Below, piece by piece: positions 10,370 to 18,698 of a stretch of DNA of 64,000 bases (position 1 is its first letter; each line of letters opens with the position of its first letter). Source of the DNA: Candidatus Nomurabacteria bacterium (lineage in GTDB: Bacteria > Patescibacteriota > Minisyncoccia > Phycocordibacterales > UBA5272); NCBI GenBank assembly GCA_028286645.1, contig JAQBRF010000002.1, forward strand, positions 58,518 to 122,517, in the 5' to 3' direction. Under the pieces are notes generated by a model, which did not search any database, was not told the DNA's origin, and saw only the letters and a program-made list of their open reading frames with translations. Both the position numbers and the translations under genes were made by a program.

Positions 10370-10578
10370 TCTGTGTGCCTACCGGGACTTACTTGGAACA
10401 CCATAGAAAAACAAATAACTTCGTAGAAAAACATCTTTGTTTCTGACATATATAAAGATTACATTTCTAATAAGCCCCAATTTATATGAGTCCTCGCCCA
10501 TTTGTCGTAAAAAGGTATTACCGTATCTGATATTAAACACCATTCGTATCTAAATCTACTTACTGCTATTATTTGCTT

Positions 10579-11514
10579 ATGCAGAAACGACATCATTTTA
10601 TACCCGATTCCTATCAGAGAAATTTTATTAACAATGAGGGAAAAGTATGGGTATTAGATAAAGAAAAAAAACTTTTTCAGACTAATCCTACAAACATCTT
10701 TGCGGAGGCGTACTTCTATTTACTTCCTGGCACTACCGAGGAAGAACAGTTGCGAGTAGAAAATCTGTTAGGTCTTATCGAAACCGACTTCGGGGCAATC
10801 TATAAGGAGAAAATTAATATAGGGCTTCAGATGACGCAAATGGAAAAAGGCAAACTTTCATACTTTGTTGCATGTATGTACCTGCGGACTAAATTTATGC
10901 GTAATCAGAATCTTGATATGTATAAAAAAATGAGGTCTGCAATGCAGGAGTGGGGAGAACATTATAAAAACATGTCTGATGAGCAGAAAGAAACATTTGC
11001 TTCTCTTCACCATTCAAGTGATAGTGCGACTATTACGATAGATGACATGGACTATGCTATCGAAAATAATAATGAAATTCATACTGAACAACTTATATCC
11101 CTTCTTCCAGAGATTGCTGATATTTTATTTAATATGGAGTAGTTTTTTTTGAGCCCTCAGAATACCAACAAAACTTTTATAAGTTCTGATAATCCTTTTT
11201 GTATGATAAGACCAGAAGCTATTGCAAAATTTGGTCTCAATAAATTTGGAAGTCTACCTGGTCTAAAGGCTAAAGACGTAGAAGTTTCACTTCCTCTTTC
11301 ATCTACTAAAATGCTATTTATGAGTTGGAACTTAAAATCAGAGGTGTTCATGAAAATACCAGATGATAATGTCGATGTATTTAATGCTCGAAGTAGATTA
11401 CATGCTCATGATAAATTAATAGCCTCGAATAAAGAGGTCCTTCAGGAGATTGTTGATAAATCAGACGGAAAAGATAAGAACGATTTTAATATGTTTGATT
11501 TCGAAACTAAGTAG
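10579..11514 (+). pseudogene. DUF4238-like protein interrupted by one in-frame TAG
   Basis: KRHHFIP..Y N-terminus; FISSDNP and LPLSS in the second ORF; both ORFs in the same frame, TAG at 11140-11142. Confidence 0.7.
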
Positions 11515-11541
11515 AGGATTAGACTTTATATACTCTGTAAG

Positions 11542-11733
11542 TTACTTAAACTTACAGTCAGTTAAGTACCCTCTTTCGTCGATAACTGCCATGCCCACTT
11601 GCTTACGGCACCTTATAACATCTTGATTTGAATCTCCTATGTGTACACCTGGGTAATGCGCCTCTTTAGGTTCATTTGCTTTTATAGAAAAAACCCCAGC
11701 AATTAATACAATAATTATTAAAAAATACTTCAT
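11542..11733 (-). CDS. Small secreted protein
   Basis: Signal peptide MKYFLIIIVLIAGVFSIKA; two Cys. Confidence 0.55.
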   Translation of the reverse strand: MKYFLIIIVLIAGVFSIKANEPKEAHYPGVHIGDSNQDVIRCRKQVGMAVIDERGYLTDCKFK

Positions 11734-11755
11734 ATTTGCATTTTGGAAGCAAAAA

Positions 11756-11832
11756 GCCCCCAAGGTTGACGACCTTTCGGCCGCCCATATCCGTTTCCAG
11801 ATACGTCTCACTACAAACAAACTCTTGGAACC
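11756..11832 (-). ncRNA. Candidate structured RNA leader (multi-way junction with two GAAA tetraloops)
   Basis: Minus strand: ccaagagtt..gtatctg-GAAA-cggatat..ggcggcc-GAAA-ggtcgtc..aaccttgg. Confidence 0.4.
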
Positions 11833-12026
11833 GTAATTACTCAATGTGATAATAGTTTTGCAACTACTTGTTATGGAAACCATGGGGGCCTACCGGGAAT
11901 TTCTTCGACAAGTATTTGTTCGCCGCCGCTCACAAATCTCGCCTCCCGCCCCTCGCCCATTTTCCTTGCTAGAAAAATATGGCTGTGGTCTTCGAATCCG
12001 GACGTAAACAAAGCAGTTTGTTTACT

Positions 12027-12083
12027 TAGGCACACCAAATACAAAAACGGCCATAAAGACCGTTTTTGTATTTGGTGTGCCTA
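12027..12083. repeat. 24-bp perfect inverted repeat including the tRNA-His 3' end
   Basis: taggcacaccaaatacaaaaacgg / ccgtttttgtatttggtgtgccta. Confidence 0.9.
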
Positions 12084-12173
12084 GTCGAGACACCGGTCGA
12101 ACTTCTCGCGAAATTGCAGAGATGTTTTTAAGCACTATCCCGCAGGCAACGTCTCGACGTCCTGATGTCCCTA

Positions 12174-12365
12174 CTACACAGCAGAATCTTCGTCTGCAGT
12201 AGTTCGCTTCTGTCTTTTTTCTTCTTGATAGTCATTCCAGAGAAGCAGCAGAAAGTCACTCATAGCTGCGTCAGCTTGACGAAGTTCTTCTTCGGTGAAG
12301 TCCGGGAAGATCTCGCGAATCACTGGTGCGACTTCCATATCTTCGGGTAGGCGTTTGGGGTGCAT
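12174..12365 (-). CDS. Small hypothetical protein
   Basis: C-terminal part of ORF 12174-12560 (IREIFPDFTEEELRQAD...); start uncertain. Confidence 0.4.
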   Translation of the reverse strand: MHPKRLPEDMEVAPVIREIFPDFTEEELRQADAAMSDFLLLLWNDYQEEKRQKRTTADEDSAV

Positions 12366-12548
12366 GGGGCGATGGGAGGCTCTGAGGTTATTAGGCAGAG
12401 CTAACGCTATCCATAGCACGATATTGACAAATGTCCAAAATATGATTGGATATAAGTAAGTAGTTCTTGTCCTCAGTATTTGGTTGCGGAATGAAGTTCG
12501 AGACTTAAGCAGTTCGCGAATTTCTCCCCTAACCAAGACGAGGTCAGC

Positions 12549-13013
12549 ATGCAGATCCACGAGAAGATTGGAAAGTTGGGTGCATCGGTATTCCTGATGT
12601 CAATGATCCCGAACACTCCCGAAGGGAACGAAGCGATCGACACTATGCTTGCGAAAGCGGGCGCGCAGATGCTGCTGTGGTGCAACGCGCTTTACTATCC
12701 GACGATGGAGTTCGCCGAGTGGGTGCATCAACAAGAAACTCGCATTGAGGAGCGTTTCAAGGCAAACCCTGCTTTGGATCGCATGAAAAAAGAGGCGGAT
12801 TTCCTTCTCGAAGCCCACTGGGATCAGGAGTTAGAAGAAGCTCGCGAGGAATACGCAAACGATCCCGAGCATCGAGCTATGGTGGCCCGAATCAACGAGA
12901 AGATCGAGGAGCGGCTCGCCGCGGATCCGGAACTACGTCGGGAGTTTGAGGAAGGACTGGCAGCACATATCGCTCTTGTCTGCGAACAAAGCGCCCGCAA
13001 ACGGATTCACTAA
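12549..13013 (+). CDS. Hypothetical acidic helical protein (GC-rich, foreign)
   Basis: 154 aa ORF followed by the hairpin aggcggccc..gggctgcct and a T-run. Confidence 0.6.
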   Translation: MQIHEKIGKLGASVFLMSMIPNTPEGNEAIDTMLAKAGAQMLLWCNALYYPTMEFAEWVHQQETRIEERFKANPALDRMKKEADFLLEAHWDQELEEAREEYANDPEHRAMVARINEKIEERLAADPELRREFEEGLAAHIALVCEQSARKRIH

Positions 13014-13071
13014 CATTCTCCTTCTGGGAAAACACTTCAGGCGGCCCTCCCGGGCTGCCTTTTTACTTTTG

Positions 13072-13329
13072 ATGCCAAATAGAGAAAGTATCCGTCAAGA
13101 ACACACTTTGCAAAAGTGTACAAGGCTGGTCGAGGAGAAAACGCTTACTCTGTAAGTCTCATTTGCAATGCAACAAATTACTTTCTCCGCAAGACTACAA
13201 AAATTGCCAAATTTTCCTATTAGTGTGCCTACTCGGGACACCGGTCGAACTTTGAGTGAAATTGCCGAGTTGTTTTTAAGCGTCATTCCGCAGCCAACAT
13301 CTCCACGTCCTAACATCTCTACTCACTAA
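13072..13329 (+). pseudogene. Possible degenerate C-terminal fragment of a site-specific (serine-type) recombinase spanning an att-like site
   Basis: RLVEEKTLTL*VSFAMQQITFSARLQKLPNFPISVPTRDTGRTLSEIAELFL; the tail is repeated in-frame at 12074-12202; family assignment from recall, not searched. Confidence 0.35.
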
Positions 13330-13602
13330 CAGCGGCCCTTCAAAATTGACAGCTTGAGTATGCGTGTTAGGCTGAAATTGGATATCGCTTTACATATCCT
13401 CATAGTCGAGCCCCATGAACTCCGCAGCCCGGAGTGCCAACGACCTCCTATGACCGCCATTGCGGCTTAGCCCCTTCCGAATCGGAGGGGCATTTTTGTT
13501 TCTCAGAGTTGCCTCTCGGTCCCAATATGTAACCGTTACGCGCTTTGAGGTTTTGTCTATGCTAAATGTGGTCGATATTATTAGCCAAGACCAAGAACAC
13601 AT

Positions 13603-13788
13603 ATGGAAACACTAGGAGACCGCTTCCTTGCGCCAACCGCTCGGGAGAACCTCTTTGAGTCAATAGACTATCTTCACGAATCGATTCGTAATGCACGCGA
13701 ATGCGTGTACGACATCGAGCGAAGCATAGACGCTTCGCTTGATGAGATTCGAGGAAAGAAGCCTGAGGCAGCTCAAGAGAAGAAGTAG
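13603..13788 (+). CDS. Small hypothetical protein
   Basis: 61 aa ATG ORF, helical and charged. Confidence 0.4.
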   Translation: METLGDRFLAPTARENLFESIDYLHESIRNARECVYDIERSIDASLDEIRGKKPEAAQEKK

Positions 13789-13875
13789 GGTGTAGCTAAT
13801 ACACCCCTCTCACGAAGACGAATATCGTGGGGGACATGGATTTAAGTTGCAGAAACGCAATGCGATTTGAATCTG

Positions 13876-13948
13876 TGTGCCTACCGGGATTCGAACCCGG
13901 ACTGAGGGCTCCACAAGCCCGCGTGCTAACCATTACACTATAGGCACC
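13876..13948 (-). tRNA. tRNA-His(GTG)
   Basis: GGTGCCTATAGTGTAATGG...GGGC-TTGTGGA-GCCC...GGTTCGAATCCCGGTAGGCACA; CCA not encoded. Confidence 0.95.
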
Positions 13949-14035
13949 ATCTGCTACATTCATTTCTGAATTAGGCCTTTACTCTAACATGATTTCAAGA
14001 TTTTTCGAAGAAATTATGATAGTATTTCCTTACTT

Positions 14036-14119
14036 GCCCAGGTGGCGAAACTGGTAGACGCACTACCTTGAGGTGGTAGCGCTGGCAACGGCATGGAGGT
14101 TCAAGTCCTCTCCTGGGCA
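14036..14119 (+). tRNA. tRNA-Leu(GAG)
   Basis: GCCCAGG..ctacc-TTGAGGT-ggtag, long variable arm, GGTTCAAGTCC. Confidence 0.95.
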
Positions 14120-14385
14120 CAATTTTTTAAACGGCTTCGGCCGTTTTAAATTTGGGCGACACCTGCGTGTCGTACGTAAGGACTTCCGGAGTATGATCCC
14201 GTTTTCTTAGATTATAATCAATCTCTTGAAATCGCAGTCCTTTAGGATTTTGCGAGCACGCAAAACGACGAGGAGTGGCCGGCGAACTTTTCTGCTCGGC
14301 GGAGAGAAAAGATTTGTCGAAAAGGCCCTCCTCTACACAAGTCAACTTTTAAATTAAAATCTCGATCTTTCGATCGAGATTTTAA

Positions 14386-14814
14386 TTATGCTGCGACTTC
14401 TTCTGGAGCCTCTTCTTTCGCTACTTCCATTGTAGTAGTTGACCCTTTCTTTACCACGCGAGTGTCTTCCTTCAACTTTCGGCGTACATCTCTAAGAGCC
14501 TTATCACGAACATAGTAAAGCTTACTTCGTCTTGTTCTTGAGCGTCGAACAATTTCAATCTTATCAATCATCACTGAATAAAGAGGGAAAATTCTCTCTA
14601 CTCCTACGCCTGAAGTAACCTTTCGTATTGTAAATGTAGCCCCCATTTCAGCTCCGTGCTTACGAGCAAGAACCATTCCTTCAAAGGCTTGAAGACGGGT
14701 CTTTCCGTCAGACTCTTTAATTTTATTCCAGACACGAACAACGTCTCCGGATGAAAAATCCAAAGCTTTTCGCTCATCCATGTTGACGGGTGTGAATTTA
14801 ATAGTAGTTTTCAT
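14386..14814 (-). CDS. rplS: 50S ribosomal protein L19
   Basis: GDVVRV..RLQAFEG, TFTIRKV..GVGVERIFP, RRSKLYYVR. Confidence 0.97.
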   Translation of the reverse strand: MKTTIKFTPVNMDERKALDFSSGDVVRVWNKIKESDGKTRLQAFEGMVLARKHGAEMGATFTIRKVTSGVGVERIFPLYSVMIDKIEIVRRSRTRRSKLYYVRDKALRDVRRKLKEDTRVVKKGSTTTMEVAKEEAPEEVAA

Positions 14815-14873
14815 AAGATGCTCTTAGTAGGAAAATACTATCACGAATTATGGCCTTTTGCAAGCGGGAATCT

Positions 14874-15605
14874 TCAGTCTACCCCCTTAAAATTAAGTGC
14901 TTTTAAGGAAGCTTTCATGTCCTTAGGAATTGGAGAAATGATCGTCATTTTTTCTTTGCCGGCATTCTCTAATGGAACTTCAAGAGTAATGGAGTATGCA
15001 TGAAGCATAGACCTTGGCGCTTCATTTTTGCCTTTAAAAGAACCATACAGATCGTCACCTAAAATGGAATGCCTTATGCCTCGGAAATGCGCTCGGATCT
15101 GATGAGTGCGCCCTGTCACTGGATACACTTCTACATATGAATAATGTTTCCCATCAGGAGATAATGACCTTTCTAAAACCTTATATCTAGTTATTGCATC
15201 CCGCTCCTCCCCTCTTTGATCTTTCGCAAACATATCTACTACTGTTCGCTTGCGGAAATCGCTTCGTGCGCGTGCTATTGGAAGAGAAATCATGCCTGTA
15301 TCGTTTCTTATATGCCCTTCTACTATTGCCCGATATACCTTACGCACCGTGTGATCTTTGAATTGTTTTTTAAAACTTGTATATGCCACATTATCTTTAG
15401 CAAGCACAAGCACTCCAGTAGTATTTCTGTCGAGGCGATGTACTATTCCTTCTCTTCCTTCATCTCCAATTAAAACTTTGTAGGTATCTTTTACCCAGTC
15501 TGCGATAGTATATTCGGACTGTCTGCCATCCGGATGCACCATAATACCCGCCGGCTTATCAATTATGACGGCGTGAAAGTTTTCAAAAAGAATAGGGATT
15601 TTCAT
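14874..15605 (-). CDS. RluA-family pseudouridine synthase
   Basis: DKPAG, GIVHRLDRNTTG, TGRTHQIRAH. Confidence 0.95.
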   Translation of the reverse strand: MKIPILFENFHAVIIDKPAGIMVHPDGRQSEYTIADWVKDTYKVLIGDEGREGIVHRLDRNTTGVLVLAKDNVAYTSFKKQFKDHTVRKVYRAIVEGHIRNDTGMISLPIARARSDFRKRTVVDMFAKDQRGEERDAITRYKVLERSLSPDGKHYSYVEVYPVTGRTHQIRAHFRGIRHSILGDDLYGSFKGKNEAPRSMLHAYSITLEVPLENAGKEKMTIISPIPKDMKASLKALNFKGVD

Positions 15606-15656
15606 ACTGCCTACTCTACCATATTTTATATGTGAACTACGAGCCTTTAATCCGTG

Positions 15657-16364
15657 CTAATTTAGCATAAACGGATTAAAGTTCGTACCTCTGTCGTAAG
15701 TATCTAAGCCTTCCTTGTGTTTAATAAATTTTATTACTCTGTGTGTAACAGGTAATGCGATTATTTCCCAAGCCGTACAGAAAACAACGGTAGATATTGT
15801 TAGCGGAATAACTTCATGTAATGGAAACCATCCGGCAAAGTAAAACGCTGAGAAAAAAGCTATGGAATTATCGACTGTTTGCCCGAAAAATGTAGACACG
15901 ATAAGGCGCGCGTGCATAAACTTTCCATTCGTCAACAGCTTCATTTTTGCAACAACAAAAGAATTCGTTAACTCTCCCAGAAAGTTCGCGACGAGGAATC
16001 CGAGTGCAACTATTGGTGAGGCCCTAAAAATCACGTCAAAGGCTTCGTTGTATGGAAAGGCAGGGTTGGGCACGAAACTGTATAAAGATGTAAGAGTTGT
16101 GGAAAGAATCATACAAGTAAATCCTGTCCAGATAATTTTCCTGGTCACCCTATAACCATAAACTTCAGTAAATATGTCTGCGAATATATAAACGAATGGA
16201 TAAGCAATGGCACCAACAGAAAAAACAAAGTCGCCAATATAAAAAGTTTTTAAGGCGGTAAAAGTAGAAACAAGATAAAAAGTAAGCCAAAGCATGCCAA
16301 AAACACCTAGGTACTTATGCACCGAGCTTGCTGAAGTCGTTGGATCAGTTATAAGATGTTGCAT
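15657..16364 (-). CDS. Queuosine precursor transporter (YhhQ/Vut_1)
   Basis: YPFVYIFADIFTEVYG, R...ST..GQTVD, C-terminal EGLDTYDRGTNFNPF. Confidence 0.9.
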   Translation of the reverse strand: MQHLITDPTTSASSVHKYLGVFGMLWLTFYLVSTFTALKTFYIGDFVFSVGAIAYPFVYIFADIFTEVYGYRVTRKIIWTGFTCMILSTTLTSLYSFVPNPAFPYNEAFDVIFRASPIVALGFLVANFLGELTNSFVVAKMKLLTNGKFMHARLIVSTFFGQTVDNSIAFFSAFYFAGWFPLHEVIPLTISTVVFCTAWEIIALPVTHRVIKFIKHKEGLDTYDRGTNFNPFMLN

Positions 16365-16572
16365 CGCGAGAAAATTAATTAAAGATTGACTTCAGTGGCT
16401 TCGTTTGGACTTGATAATCTTTTATCTCCACCAGTTATTTCTAATTGTCTAATGAGCATTTGTCAAAATAAAAGTGCCTAAAATTACTTATATTTCATGT
16501 AAATAAACCGTTTCTATATGTTTTTTGTCAAAATAGTCGACAAAAAGCAGATAGAAATGTTAGGCTATTTCT

Positions 16573-17319
16573 ATGGATAAAGCACTCGTGACATCGTTGG
16601 AAGAAATAGGATTTAAGCACAAAGAGGCTTTGGTTTATGTAGCTTTAACATCTGTTGGAGAAAGCCAGGTGAGCGAGCTTGCGATATTAACAAAACTAAA
16701 GAGGCCGATAATCTACGTAATCTTGGAAGATCTAATTAAAAGAGGCTTCGTCTCTAAGTTGCCCGGGAAGAAAGTAAATACATACCATGCATTTGATGCG
16801 GACATTATTCTGAAAAAGTTAAAGTCGAGCATCACCCACTTTGACGAACTTATTCCCGTCTTTAAAACATTAAGAAATCGAGGCGGCGTTCGACCGAAGA
16901 TTTCATACATAGAAACAAAAGAAGGTATAGAAAATTTGCTAGAAGAAATAAACTATACGGTCTCCCCTCTTTTTATATCTTCCTATGCAAGATTTGAGCA
17001 TCATTTCCCCGGAGTGCTAATGCGCTGGATAAAAAATTATAAAAAAGGCCTCTATAAAAAACTGGTAGGTCGTCATATAGTTCCAGACGATAAAAAAGAA
17101 TTCTTTTATGCGAAAGCCTTCCTTGGCATTAAACAGAATGTACGAACGCTTTCAATATTGAAAGAAAATAAAATGGATATTTCTATTTATGCAGATAAAA
17201 TTTCAATAACAAACCTCGGGGACGCTCTTTTTGCTGTTGTTATCGAATCAAAAGATTTGGTCGGCTCTATACGTCCTATTTTTGAATTAGCTTGGCAAAA
17301 CGCAAAAGAGATAAAGTAA
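16573..17319 (+). CDS. TrmB-family transcriptional regulator
   Basis: LEEIGF..KEALVYVAL, RPIIY.ILEDL..RG winged HTH; PLD-like C-terminal domain. Confidence 0.85.
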   Translation: MDKALVTSLEEIGFKHKEALVYVALTSVGESQVSELAILTKLKRPIIYVILEDLIKRGFVSKLPGKKVNTYHAFDADIILKKLKSSITHFDELIPVFKTLRNRGGVRPKISYIETKEGIENLLEEINYTVSPLFISSYARFEHHFPGVLMRWIKNYKKGLYKKLVGRHIVPDDKKEFFYAKAFLGIKQNVRTLSILKENKMDISIYADKISITNLGDALFAVVIESKDLVGSIRPIFELAWQNAKEIK

Positions 17320-17329
17320 AAACATTTCT

Positions 17330-17349
17330 GTGGGAGATACAGGACTCGA
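17330..17349. repeat. 20-bp direct repeat of the tRNA-Val 3' end
   Basis: gtgggagatacaggactcga identical to 17467-17486. Confidence 0.9.
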
Positions 17350-17464
17350 CTACAAGTTTTCTTTCGCCGTCGCTCAAGAAACTCGCAGCCCGCGGCTCGT
17401 GGTTTTTCTTGTTAGAAAAACATCACTGCGCCCTTCTCGTCCTGCAAAACAAAACCATTTGTTT

Positions 17465-17540
17465 TGGTGGGAGATACAGGACTCGAACCTGTGACCTTCT
17501 CGGTGTAAACGAGTTGCTCTACCAACTGAGCTAATCTCCC
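17465..17540 (-). tRNA. tRNA-Val(TAC)
   Basis: GGGAGATTAGCTCAG...TTTACAC...GGTTCGAGTCCTGTATCTCCCACCA. Confidence 0.96.
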
Positions 17541-17645
17541 AATGTGTTAAAATATACTACCTTATTTTTAGGCTTTTAACAAGAACCAACATATACAAAA
17601 AGCTTCCGATATGTAAGTTTTTTTGCTAGTATTGTCGTATTCATT

Positions 17646-17717
17646 GCCCCTGTAGTTAAATGGATATAACTGCGGACTTCTAAGCCGTTATTGCAGGTTC
17701 GATTCCTGCCGGGGGCA
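17646..17717 (+). tRNA. tRNA-Arg(TCT)
   Basis: GCCCCTG..CTTCTAA loop..GGTTCGATTCC..GGGGGCA. Confidence 0.93.
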
Positions 17718-17984
17718 CAAAACGTAAAGAAAATCATATCTCTAAAAGATTTTAGTTTTGGTGTGCGTAAGTGTGCTTTTAAAAAGTTTTATTCCTGACT
17801 TTTTAAAACCACGAGGCGGGGTCGAGAGTACTTATGAGCAACTCACACTTTAGGGTGATTAGCGCAATTAGTAACTCGTGACCAAGGGGTAAACAGTCTG
17901 ATAAGATATTCTGTCGAAACTCCAAATATGGTAAAATATTCAAGTACCTGCAAATGAAATAAAAATTTAATTAAATCATAAATT

Positions 17985-18503
17985 ATGAATAACAAAACAC
18001 TTGTTACAATTATTATTATCTTAGTAATACTTATTGGGGGGTATTATCTTCTCAGAGGAAACAACTCCATGAGCAATATGGGCGTAACTCCGTCAGGACA
18101 AACACAGACGACTAATAATGCTAATGGGGCAGATTATCAGCCGAATCAAACAGGAACTACGGCAACCACTTCCACAACAGGAACGGTCTCTGGCTCAGCT
18201 GGCGCCGATATAACAACAGGCGGACAGACAGTTAAGAGCTTTACTGTGACAGGCCAAAACTTTTCTTTCTCTCCTGCTGCTATGACAGTGAATAAAGGAG
18301 ACAAGGTTAGAATCACATTTAAGAATGGACAAGGAACTCATAATCTAGTTATTGATGAATATAACGTTAATACTGGAGTAATAGGAAGTGGTGCTGAAAA
18401 GACTGTTGAATTCACCGCGGATAAAACAGGAAGCTTCGAATACTATTGTTCAGTAGGAAATCACCGAGCAATGGGAATGCACGGAACTCTTACAGTTAAA
18501 TAA
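17985..18503 (+). CDS. Cupredoxin-domain (plastocyanin-like) exported protein
   Basis: HNLVI, YYCSVGNHRAMGMHGTLTV copper-binding motif. Confidence 0.9.
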   Translation: MNNKTLVTIIIILVILIGGYYLLRGNNSMSNMGVTPSGQTQTTNNANGADYQPNQTGTTATTSTTGTVSGSAGADITTGGQTVKSFTVTGQNFSFSPAAMTVNKGDKVRITFKNGQGTHNLVIDEYNVNTGVIGSGAEKTVEFTADKTGSFEYYCSVGNHRAMGMHGTLTVK

Positions 18504-18575
18504 GACAGCGAGAAATTAAAACCTCCGCCAAACTACCTGGAGGAGGTTTTAATTTTGTTTGTTATACTAATCTTT

Positions 18576-18698
18576 ATGAAATCCAAAAATATTATTTTAC
18601 TGGTAGTTATTGTTGCAGTTATTTGTGCCGCTGTTGGATATTATTACGGATATAACTCTGGCCTTGATAGAGCTGTAAACATTTTAGGAAAACAATAA
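18576..18698 (+). CDS. Small membrane protein (40 aa)
   Basis: MKSKNIILLVVIVAVICAAVGYYYGY..; TATACT 7 nt upstream; stop abuts the murI start. Confidence 0.55.
   Translation: MKSKNIILLVVIVAVICAAVGYYYGYNSGLDRAVNILGKQ

Larger units (their letters stand above)
10370..13889. mobile_element. Island(s) integrated at the tRNA-His 3' end
   Basis: 18-bp direct repeat tctgtgtgcctaccggga at 10370-10387 and 13872-13889 (tRNA 3' end); internal degenerate copies at 11888, 12075 and 13223; part of the interval is GC-elevated. Confidence 0.75.

Noticed and set aside
11140-11142. Stop-codon reassignment in this genome
   Set aside because: TAA, TAG and TGA all terminate conserved genes (murI TAG, ruvB TGA); a single interrupted gene is better explained by mutation or error.
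16365-16480. preQ1 riboswitch upstream of the queuosine precursor transporter
   Set aside because: No recognisable preQ1 stem-loop or A-rich tail.
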